From: Podarcis cretensis | Taxonomy: Eukaryota | Reading direction: 5' to 3' | Assembly (NCBI GenBank): GCA_951804945.1 | Contig: OX638154.1 | Span: 52,514,001 to 52,578,000 of the forward strand | DNA length: 64,000 nucleotides | In this document: positions 25,135 to 35,360 of the stretch, piece after piece | Position numbering within the stretch: position 1 is the first letter of the stretch | How the letters are laid out: each line of letters starts with the position of its first letter | Notes under the pieces: generated by a model | Databases searched by the model: none | The model's input: only the letters and a program-made list of their open reading frames with translations | Told to the model about the DNA's origin: nothing | Made by a program: the position numbers and the translations under genes

Positions 25135-26285
25135 CACTAGAGTAACAAGGAAGTAAAGGACTATCTCCTAAGGTGGACAGGCCGAGTCCCATAGTCAGGC
25201 CGTATATCAAATGCACCTAATCTCTTATGGTACTCAAGACCAAGTGCTGCCGCCTATATGACTCTCTTACTATTAAAACTCAGACTTGTCATGGTGTTGT
25301 TCACAAGTGACACTTGTGTCCCAAGCACTCATGCTAGAGAGTAAGTTCTGTTGTACTCAGGGTGCTTCCAGGTATGGGGCTTTGTATTGTAATAGGGTAG
25401 TTTAGATATTGCAAATGGGTTGTTGGCAACAGTTTTTTTAACTTTACTCACCCCTCCCACCTGAACAGGTAAATCTGGATTAAATAAGGGTTAAATACAC
25501 ACTGGTGTTTTGAAGCTATGGATGCTGTGAAAACTCTGCATGCATCCCACTATAAACACTGGCAGTACCCTCAGTGTATCTTACTTATAAGGACAACTTT
25601 TAGCCTGTAACACATTTTCACAATAGAGTTTGGGAAGGACCTATGAACTTCACTTGGGATATGTGTGCAGTATGTAGGTGTTGTCAATTCAGCGCTGCAA
25701 CCAGATGAGAAATCAAATGTTGTCCTGACCTGTAGCAGCCAATGTAGGCTTGACTTCAGAGTTACAGACTAAGCAAGAGGTGATTTAAATGTAAAGGGGG
25801 TGGGGAATATCAAGGTACTAAAACAAACAAACGAGATCGTCACCTTTAGTGTTACATGTGAATATGTCTATGAACAGACAGATAAAAGCGGTACCATTAG
25901 CACTGCAGGCCAATTTAAGCCTTTACAAAGGAGAATGTTGAATGCTGTTGATGTGGGAGAAAGCAGAAGAGCTGCTTTTAAATCGAAGAAATCACAGAAA
26001 TTGAAAGGCAGATTTAAGCATTACTGGTGAAAAGAACTCCATCCTAGACGGGATGTGCTCGCTCACCCCCAACCACCCTGAGTTTGAAACGCGAAAACAG
26101 CTCGACCCTAACCTCCCCGACCCCCTTCGCCAGCTCCCAGCCAAAGTTCATGCCTTGCTCGGTGTGGGGCAGGACGGGGGGTGACGGACGGGCTCATCCC
26201 TGAGCAGCTGTGCGTCCCAGCTGTGGACTCCATTTCCCAGGCTTCCTCCCTGCCCTAATGTATTCCGTTCTCAGGCCGGCTCTGT

Positions 26286-26384
26286 GCCTGTGTGTGTGTG
26301 TGAGAGAGAGTGTGTGTTGTGTTTGAGAGCGAGAGCGAGCGTGAGTGTGTGTGTGTGAGTGAGAGAGAGAGAGAGCGAGCGAGC
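26286..26384 (+). repeat. Compound (GT)n/(GA)n/(GAGC)n microsatellite in the proximal promoter
   Basis: Directly visible alternating tgtgtg, gagaga and gagcgagc tracts. Confidence 0.92.
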
Positions 26385-26399
26385 AGCTAGGAGTCCCTG

Positions 26400-26635
26400 G
26401 GAGAGTGGAGGCTCATTCACTGATTAGAGGCAGCTTCGAGAGGCAGCGCTGCGCTCTCCTTGGCTCCCAGCAGCCGTGTCAGGCTCCTGCTCACTCCCAT
26501 GCTGGCCGAAGGCGCTTGCACACACGCGCCGGGCTTAGCACGTCCGGCTCTCCTCCCCGCGCAGTAACAGACCAGGCTCTCGCTCTCCGCAGCCTGACAT
26601 TAAAGGGGGACGCCACCTCTCGAGGAATTTCCACG
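26400..26635 (+). other. RNF220: Probable RNF220 non-coding exon 1 (5' boundary approximate)
   Basis: GC/CpG-rich segment right after a GT/GA microsatellite; Inr-like CTCATTC at 26412-26418; strong donor ACG|GTGAGT at 26635/26636, giving a 6775-nt intron 1. Confidence 0.7.
26499..26567 (+). promoter_or_regulatory. Candidate uORF in exon 1 (22 aa, MLAEGACTHAPGLARPALLPAQ)
   Basis: ATG 26499 to TAA 26565-26567 in weak Kozak context; depends on the exon 1 call. Confidence 0.45.
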
Positions 26636-29600
26636 GTGAGTAGCGGGAGATCCCAGGGGTGCATGCGAAGAAGCCAGGGGTGCATGGTGCATTGTTTGTG
26701 CGCGCGCGTGTTTGTGCCTAAACGTATGTGTCGACCTAACTTTCCAGCAGGGGATCTCCGGGGTTTCGATTCAGTTCTCTGCCCTCGTACTTTCCCCCCT
26801 TTCTTCTTCTTCTTCTTTTTTACTTCTCTTGCAAATGCGGGCGCCGATGTTTCGAAAAGTCAAACTTTCTGAACCAAGTTTGCCTCTCCATTTTTTTCTC
26901 CACGCCCAGCTCCTCGACGCAAAATTCCCACGGAAGAAGATGCTCATCGGGGTCCAGAGGTGGGGATGCTGAAAAAGCGCGCACGCGGGGGGGGGGGGTT
27001 GGAATCTTAATGAGTTTTTTTTAAAAAAACAACAACAAAAATCTGATCAATATGGTGCCCCCTCCCCTTTTAAGGGTAGCTGTGTTCCCGGGACTCTCCT
27101 CCTCCTCCTGCTGTTTATTTTACTGGGGAGGGGGGTGGGAAGCAGGCGACACGGGGAGGGGGCTGGGTGGGATCAGGTGCCGGGGGAAGAAGCCTGCAAA
27201 ACGCAGCCGAAAACCGCGCGGCTCCAATTAGCGCAAACAACATTTAGTTTTAAAAAGGAGAAAGAGAAGAGCGGGGGGGGGGGGGGGAGAGAAGCGATCC
27301 CTGTGTAAGCCCGGGAGATACTTCCCGGCTTTCCTTCGCGTGTCCCACGGTCTTTGGCTGAAATAACGCAGTTTCCCCAAACAATACCCAAGACTCGGGG
27401 TGGGGGGTGGGGTGAAGAGGACCTTCGTCGAAAGGGACAAGCCTGCTAGTCTCCCTCTGACACGACCTAGGTAGATATTATTTTTTGCACAAAACTCAAA
27501 ATGTTTAAAAATCCAGCATTTGCTCTGTGCGTAGAAAGCACCGCATAGAGTCAGGATCGTCTTCGCCCTATCAGCTTTCAGTTTTACTACGGAGCGGGCG
27601 CACATGTGAACTTTGAGTATTAGAAATTACATAACCGCAATTAAGGCGTACTTTCCGCCTTTTTTTCCCCTCCTCCTTTTGTCCCAAGTTCCTTTTCCCT
27701 GCCGCGATGGTTGCGCACGTGAAATGCTTGCAGTTTGGAGGAAAGGTTGAAGTTCGGACAAACAACTCTCCTTCCTTCAAAGAAAGTCCCTCTCCGCCTG
27801 CATTTTTATCTCCGAGATGCAAACCAATTTTTTAAAAATTGGTCTTTAGTCGTATGTTTGCAATTATTCTCCTGCAATGAATAGCATAGCAAAAGCGATG
27901 TTGTGTTGTAGGGTCAACACCGGTGCAAGTGAGCAAATAGAGAACCCGGCTGGGAACCCGGTTGGCGAGAGGAAGTGGAAGGAAATTGGAATATGCATAG
28001 TTTAGCTGGGCTTCCTTAGCAAAACTTTCTTCACATTTTCAGCCCGAAGCCGAGGAACGGCCAGCTTTTGAAATGAAACAACAGCAGCCGCTGCTTGCAG
28101 CGGGGTAGGGAAGTCAGTACAGAGGTTGCAAGGAAGGGGAAATAATTCCTCACCTTGTAGATCGAAATACATAAAAAACATCTGCTTGGGCACAATGAAA
28201 TCATTAGGCAATGTCCAGTTCAGGAGTTGCATTGAATGCTTTCGCCTTCCAGGCAGGAAACGTGCAGGGAAGGAATTGTTGCAATAAATTCAAACAGCAC
28301 GAGGCATCCGCACATTTGATGAGCTTTGTTTAGTATTTTAAAAAGAAAACGAGCCTTGAACAGACTGCAGAGATTGGGGTGAAGGGAGATAGATCTCTGC
28401 TCCCACTCCACCCTCCCCGCACATATTTCCTGGAAGGAATGAAAAATTTGATTCCTTTGCAAAGTTGCGAAACCGATTTTGCACAGTTATTATTCTTATT
28501 ATTATTTTTTCTTTTGTCGATGCAGAGCATTTGGCGGGGGTGTTCAGTGAAAAAAGTGACCAGGCGTGGCCGAGCGGGCGTATTAGCGGGGAATTAGTTT
28601 CCGATTCCTGTATCTCTCCAATGCACTTTCTGAAATCTCTACCCACTTTTTTCTTTTTTTATCCCCGATGTGGAGAGGACAGTGTGTATATAAAACATGG
28701 TTTGAAGTTGTAGTAAGCCGACCGAATTCTTTTTGTGCTCAGTTTAGACACCGGGAAAAGGACAAACACCTGTTTTGATTTGCAACTGCAGAAAGTGGGA
28801 GAAGGGCGGGTTAAAGCTCCTCCTATGAAATTAAAAGCGTGCTTGTTTTCTGCTTTTGCTGGAAATTGGAGATTTCTGGAACAGAACTTTAAGATCCAAA
28901 TCGATCAAGTATTATTTCTCTACCAGAAAACGTAAGAGTTTGAATAGTTTAATTTTACACTCCACCCCCCCCCCGCCGCCGCTTAACTGTGGAAGCGTTG
29001 TGCGTCCATCTCGTGCCCCTTTTTGGGTCGGGGCTGGAGGATGAGATGAAGGCCCCACAATTTGCAGATCAGAACCTCCTTACTTTGTGTTGTTTACCGA
29101 TGATTAACAAACGCCTTTTGGCGGCTTCGACTTCTGCAAGTTATTACTTTGCTTAACAAAAGAAGGATGCATTTTGCAGGGGTAGGGTGGAAATCTGTTA
29201 TCTGTTTTAGTACCTTGGCCCGTCCCCGTACTTGAATTTTATTTTCCTTGTTATTTTGTTGTTGTTGCAAAGCCGGGGGGGGGGGTCGCAAAGCGAATTG
29301 GGGAGAGGCGAGGCGGCCCCTTTGTTGTTGCGCCAAGGGGCCCGATTCACCATTGGTTTCATATAAATGTGAATAGATCTTCGTACTTTCCGAACTGGCA
29401 TTTTGGTCGCCGAAAAGGCAGTGCCCTTATTCCGCCTCGCCCCCTATCCCGGCCACCGTCTCATAATCTAGTTTGGACACCCACAGTTCCAAAACCATCC
29501 TGATGTTTAGTGACAAGGAATACAGACCTATAGATTTTCTTAATTCAACACTGGGATCTCCTGCTTGTTCTTGTCCTCAATCTTGCATTTGTTTTCATTT

Positions 29601-30663
29601 ATTAGGAGGAAATCCAGTTTAGTTTGAATAAATAATCCAGTTGCACACTAAATCCCCCCAACAGCTGGGATAGTTTTGTTTTATATTATCAAGATTTTCT
29701 CAGTAGGAATAAATCTCCAAATTCCTGCTTCTAAAATTATGTGATTACAAAGTAACAAGAGCTCAACCTGTAGTTTCCAACTCTCTGTTCTTTCCTAACA
29801 GCTTGAACTCTTAAAGAAAAAGTTATTTCTTTCTCTCCGCAAACTGCAGGATTTTTTTTTTATTCCGTTTTTTTATTTATTGGAATTGGGAAATAGCAGG
29901 AGGATCACAAAAATGCAACCTGTTTTAGTAGTGCGGGATGTGTGGTTTATATGTTTTAATTAAGAATGGCAAAGTAATTTGTTACACAGAAACTCTGCCT
30001 TGCTTTTCTGGGTTCTGTATATTAATATAAAATTTATATTAATTAGCAAATGAGTTTTCCACCTGCAGCTTGTGACCAACTCTGTTTATCCACTTGCATG
30101 ATGGCTAGAAGGATGCATGGTGAATTCTGCATTATCTTAGCCTCTCTTCATTTTAGTAGTTCTCCTCTGGGGTAATTAAAAATAACATTATAATAATTAA
30201 TAAACAGAGCAACCAAAACCTAAGCTGTGCATAACATGTTAGATTTTGTTCTAAGTTGTGGGTTTGTTTTTGTTATGAATAAAGGCTGAAGCTTTTAATT
30301 GGGATTCTCTTGGTCTTGCCGCTTCACTTTGCATTTAAGTAATCGGTGCAAATGACGGGTGTTCTTGCAAGGAATCATGCTTATCCATAAAGCCAAGTGG
30401 TGATTTTAAAAATATAAGTAAACAATTTTTAAAAATTATTAATATTATTATTATTTGTGTGCTGATCTAACTCGGATACCCAGTGGACAGTTTATGTAGC
30501 TTCATAGATTTATCTCCACCCCCATGGCCTCCTCCACTCCTTGTTTAGTTAATTTAACAAAGACTTTTTGCAATCTGTTTGGAGTTTGTCTGATGCCATG
30601 GAAAAGTATCTGCTGATTTATTTGGTTGCTTTTCGATTTCTGTCGCTAGACCGTCTTTTCTCT

Positions 30664-30803
30664 NNNNNNNNNNNNNNNNNNNNNNNNNNNNNNNNNNNNN
30701 NNNNNNNNNNNNNNNNNNNNNNNNNNNNNNNNNNNNNNNNNNNNNNNNNNNNNNNNNNNNNNNNNNNNNNNNNNNNNNNNNNNNNNNNNNNNNNNNNNNN
30801 NNN
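30664..30803. other. Assembly gap (140 N)
   Basis: Run of N. Confidence 1.
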
Positions 30804-30829
30804 ATTAAAAAAATCAGCATAGAGGCAGA

Positions 30830-31345
30830 AAAGTAACAGTTACTTACTTTGGCTGTGCCCGCTCCCTTCCAGTCACCCAAATGTTTCATCAGGCTGGTTA
30901 TCCTGCAATCCATATTTTTTTAATTAAGCAGGTCAGTTAGTTTTCTTATTTTGGGTTCCATATTTAAAAACCAATGACATTTTGACATTGGGAGTGTATT
31001 ATCTATAGATTTTCATAATGACTGGCCTTGCCGCAGCCTCATCTGTACATGCTCCTAATGATGGCGGTGATAGGGGATAATCGTGTGGGGCAAAGAGATG
31101 GTGGAAAAGAAGGTAAGAGACAAGGAGAAAATGGGGGAGAAAAGGATGCAGGAGGTTTTTTTAAAAAAAAAATAAACTTGGCTTGGTGCAATATCATAAT
31201 ATGTTGATTTATTCTCTATGTAATGAAGTTTGCGAACGAATAGGGCGATTGGAGTGATTCACAGTATTCTACAAGGAGTGTCAAGTGTGGCTTCCAGATT
31301 ACTAATTTATGAAATACATTTAACGTAATGAGGTGACAGTGGAAG
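30830..31345. promoter_or_regulatory. Candidate conserved non-coding element / enhancer in intron 1
   Basis: Non-repetitive and dense in TAAT/TAATTA, TTTATGA, TGACA/TGACAG motifs with retained CpGs; conservation not verified. Confidence 0.5.
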
Positions 31346-33423
31346 TAAAAATAGAAAAGCAGGCACAGAGGCATTAGTAGTGTGCTCTCACCCCCCTCAT
31401 TTATTTAAATCCTAGAAAGGCTATGGTTTTCCCTCAGTCCCATGGGTCAATTCAGATATTAATAGTGTATTTATGTATTTATCTGGGTAGGGTGTTCCCC
31501 TCCCTTTAAAAATAATTGAAAATGAGCATTCAGGTCTCCTATCCCCTGCTTCACCTTCACCTATTATTGCAGTTTTTTGTTTTAAATTTGTTTGCTTGCT
31601 TTTCTGTGACAAATCAGCTATGCAGAAAACAGTGCAGAAGGTAACTCCGAAAGAAGGCCGTCCAGATTCTCCATGGCATCTTTCTGTCCATGGCTAGTAC
31701 TTGACAGAAAGTTATTTAAAATTTGGAAGCAACCAAAACTTTGTTAATGTGAGATCTATAATCTGGTGATTTAGCACTGATGTGTATCAGGAAGGGAGCC
31801 AAATGAGGAAGAGGCAAGATGATGCCCTCTCATCTTCACACTTAATAACAGTCACTGAGCGTCTGGATACAGAATGGGAGAAAAGGAAATGTTACTGCTG
31901 GACAGCATGAAAGGCGCAGTCAGGATTCCACAGAGTTTGTTAACCTAGCCTTGCTCATTCACAGAATACAAAAGCCACTCCATTAGAAAAGAGACTCTTT
32001 CAGTAAGTTTTATTTGCTATGTCTGACCTTCTGGATCTAACAGGCACATTTTGTAACAGCTTTTTTATTATATGATTTTTTTGTGGCCTTTTGAGTGCCG
32101 CAAGGCTAGCACATTGTTTTAAAGTAACAGTTCTCTTACATTCAAGGGCATTGTGGCATTCTGAATGGTTGGCAGTGGAAGCTTAAAAAGTGGAGGGGGG
32201 TTGATTCTAGGTTGAAGAGGAGAGAACGTGATTTTGATTTCAACTCTAAAAAGGGTTAGAGGGAAAGTTAATTTTATTATTTATACATACATGTAAATGT
32301 AAATATCTGTACTGATACTTTGCGAGTGGGGATAATAGGTTACTTAGAATTTGTAAGTAATTTAAAGGAAAAGCAAGCCTAGACGTTTTGTTAACATTTT
32401 TCTCTAAATGCTAATGGCATATCCAGGACAGTTTACAAATCTACTTAAGCATGAGCGCATTAGGAAGTAAAATTACTGATCCGTTTTGTGCTGTCCTCAA
32501 CCTAAAAGGCAGATGCTTGCAAGAGATCATATGGCACTGGCTCCCATTATGATTTTAAATATTGTCAGAGACGCCAAGCACTTTATTGATGAAGTTGCTG
32601 CTGCTTTCGTAAAAGCACACAAACACCACATGGAACAATTCAGAGAAATGTATAAGAGAGGCATGTTTATGCCCACATGCACCATTGAATATAAAGTGAA
32701 ATCTATAACTTGTATGTATATCTGCACAGGTAAATATTCACATGGGCCTCTACAACAGAAAACAGATACGGTTTCTACATTATTTTTTCTTAATGGGCTG
32801 TGCAGATATATGCAGAAATGCTTGTTTGTAAATTGTGAATAACTTACCACATTTTTAAAATAGTAATTACTTTCTTTAAACATAATAACCTAAAATTGCC
32901 ACCACTGATTTCCACAGTCCAATATTTCCCCCCATATTTTTGTCTGTAAGGAGTCAGGTCATTTGCCTTTCATTTGCTCATTAAAGATTGTTTTCATCCC
33001 ATATAGCCCTTATTCAGAGCATTCGGTCCCCACAAACCACTCATTCTGAACATGCACTAGTTTCTTGCCCTTCTTACAGCAGAAGGTGAGGTCAGAGCAA
33101 GTTGCACTACCTGCATGAACCACAGAGTAGTGTTGGTGTGTGGAAAAGTGCCCCGTTTTATTTACTTTTAGTGGGGATCTTCTCTTGACTTCAAAGTTTG
33201 GTGCTAAAGCTGGTAGCAGGAGAAAGACTTGTGCTGACACACCCTTAGTTAGAGACCCTTCTAGTTATTTGTGAACTTTTCTGAAAGAGAACACATGGAG
33301 GTTTGGTTCTTTGCTCATACAATTTTCTTGTTGCATTCATGATAGGTAACTGTCCAGGACTGAATGGCAATTAACTATTTCCTCCCCTTTCCCCTTCTTT
33401 TTCTCCACAGCTTTGGAACAGTG

Positions 33424-33438
33424 ATGAAGCCTCAGTGA
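33424..33438 (+). promoter_or_regulatory. Short uORF MKPQ* in the exon 2 5' UTR
   Basis: ATG AAG CCT CAG TGA, ending 89 nt upstream of the main ATG; G at -3. Confidence 0.6.
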
Positions 33439-33527
33439 GACCCCCCAGCTCTACACCCAGACGTTGCTTTGTTTTCCATCCAGGGAAGACCGTTTTCCTT
33501 GCGGCCCTGTCAAGGAAAGAGACTCCG

Positions 33528-34152
33528 ATGGACTTACACCGGGCAGCCTTCAAGATGGAAAACTCCTCCTACCTTCCCAATCCTCTGGCATCTCCAGCCC
33601 TGATGGTTCTCGCTTCTACCGCTGAAGCAAGCCGCGATGCTTCCATCCCTTGCCAGCAGCCAAGGCCCTTTGGTGTTCCAGTATCGGTGGACAAGGATGT
33701 GCACATCCCATTCACTAATGGCTCCTATACTTTTGCCTCCATGTACCACCGACAAGGTGGTGTGCCAGGAGCATTCACCAACCGTGATTTTCCACCTTCC
33801 TTGCTGCATCTGCACCCCCAGTTTGCTCCCCCCAATCTGGACTGCACCCCAATCAGCATGCTGAACCACAGTGGCGTTGGGGCCTTCCGTCCCTTTGCCT
33901 CCACTGAGGACAGGGAGAGTTACCAGTCAGCTTTTACACCTGCCAAGCGTCTGAAGAACTGCCATGACACTGACTCTCCCCACCTTCGCTTCTCAGACGC
34001 TGATGGCAAGGAGTATGAGTTTGGAGCCCAGCTCCCATCTGGCTCCCCCGGCTCCCTCAAAGTCGATGACACGGGGAAAAAGATATTCGCTGTCTCTGGC
34101 CTCATTTCGGACCGGGAAACCTCATCCAGTCCCGAGGACCGAAATGATAGAT
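33528..34152 (+). CDS. RNF220: E3 ubiquitin ligase RNF220, first coding exon (N-terminal 208 codons, phase-1 donor); later exons lie outside the window
   Basis: Translation MDLHRAAFKMENSSYLPNPLASPALMVLASTAEASRDASIPCQQPRPFG...SSSPEDRNDR is nearly identical to the vertebrate RNF220 N-terminus as recalled. ATG at 33528; donor AT|GTAAGT at 34152/34153. Confidence 0.97.
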
Positions 34153-34529
34153 GTAAGTACCTCAACTTTGCTTAGCTGGGGCAGAAAAATGTTCAACAGC
34201 TATGTTTTGCAATGCTAGGAGGTGTCATAATACTTGTGCTCCTGTTTTTTTCTTTAAACTTATGATAATGGGTTACAGAGGGAGGGGGATTGAAGGGAAT
34301 CTACGCAAGGAAGCTGTTATTCTCATACTAGATTGGGATGCTGAGTCACAGAAAAATGACCAACATTCCAGAAATGGGAGGGAATCTCTATGTTGTGAAT
34401 TCATTGAAGGTTGTGTCCCTGTAGTTACGGAGGAACATTTGTTCCAGACCACTTGCCTATTCCATGATTGTTGCCCTACTGTCTTGTTGAACTCCCTTCC
34501 CTTCCTCCCGCCCCAACCCTTTCCCTCAC

Positions 34530-35360
34530 ATATTTGTCTCCGGTTGTAATCAGTGCACCATTATTTGCTCCCCTGATCAGTGTAAAGGCATTATTATTGG
34601 GTGTTTAGCGTAAGCCAACTTAAGCCCTTTCATCAAAGCAGAGAAAGAAAGAGAGCTGGTGATGCTCTAGGCAAGGAGATCACCCTGCCCCAATAACTCT
34701 TAAATGGGCAGAGATGTTTCTTGCAGTTCCTTCTTCAAATTCAAAAGTGATATTATTTTTTGCAGGCCGGGAGCCAAGCTGAAGCCAGCCTGTATAGTAT
34801 TTGTTTGGGGAGCAATGCCTGTTGCAGCATTCCTCTCCCACAGCTCACCCCCTTGGTCATTAAGTGCCATGAGCTCCCCACCTAAGAAGTGGAAGATAAG
34901 GCAGTATTTGGCTTATGATGGTCCGCTCCAAATTCAAATGCACAGCTTAGATGTTGAGCTGAGATTTCCCCCCCCCCTTTTGTTCGTTCTTGTGGGACCT
35001 TGTCCCCTCCCGCTTATTTTCCTCCCGCTTATTTTCCATGGAAGAACCAGCAATTTATTTATTTTTTAAAAAAACTTCTACGTAGCTTCCCAGTTACCCC
35101 TTGGATACCATTTTTCTTCTGCTCCTTTATGATGCCGAGGAGAGTAATAGAGACGTTGTTGCGCTCTCTCCCCTGTCGGTGCTGCTTCCTCGGGCTGTCT
35201 CCTTGAATTAGGCACTGTGTTAACTTCCCAGTGCTACGAGGCATCTGCCGAAAGCCTGCGTACCTTGTCAATAAAAGTCACCATAAAATCAACCTGCCTT
35301 GTAAATCCATCGCTCTTTGGTTTTGAAATATGCCATGAGTGTGTCTTTTATGTCAACGTT
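34530..35360. promoter_or_regulatory. Candidate enhancer blocks at the start of intron 2
   Basis: CpG-retaining unique sequence with clustered TGTCAATAAAA, CCATAAAATCA and TTTATGTCA motifs. Confidence 0.5.

Larger units (their letters stand above)
26040..29460 (+). promoter_or_regulatory. CpG island / RNF220 promoter and 5' part of intron 1
   Basis: Sharp rise in CpG and GC content relative to the CpG-depleted flanks, with CGCG runs, G-tracts and no recognisable transposons. Confidence 0.88.
33411..34152 (+). other. RNF220: RNF220 exon 2 (742 nt: 117 nt 5' UTR + 625 nt CDS)
   Basis: Long polypyrimidine tract tttcctccccttttccccttctttttctccacAG ends at 33410, branch-point-like ttaac at ~33371, canonical GTAAGT donor at 34153. 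Confidence 0.93.

Noticed and set aside
1-26000. Exons of the expected upstream neighbour (ERI3 in mammals)
   Set aside because: No recognisable exon or second gene CpG island; the only CpG-rich patch belongs to the retroelement 5' UTR.
26405-26872. 155-aa stand-alone gene in the CpG island
   Set aside because: It crosses the exon 1 donor and ends in low-complexity intronic sequence; only the exonic part is kept as an extension hypothesis.
32486-32883. Overlapping 118-aa ORFs on both strands
   Set aside because: No recognisable domain or convincing splice sites; better explained as non-coding intron 1 sequence.
33435-34175. 246-aa single-exon protein as listed in the ORF track
   Set aside because: It starts at a GTG in the UTR and reads through the splice donor; the supported coding part is 33528-34152.
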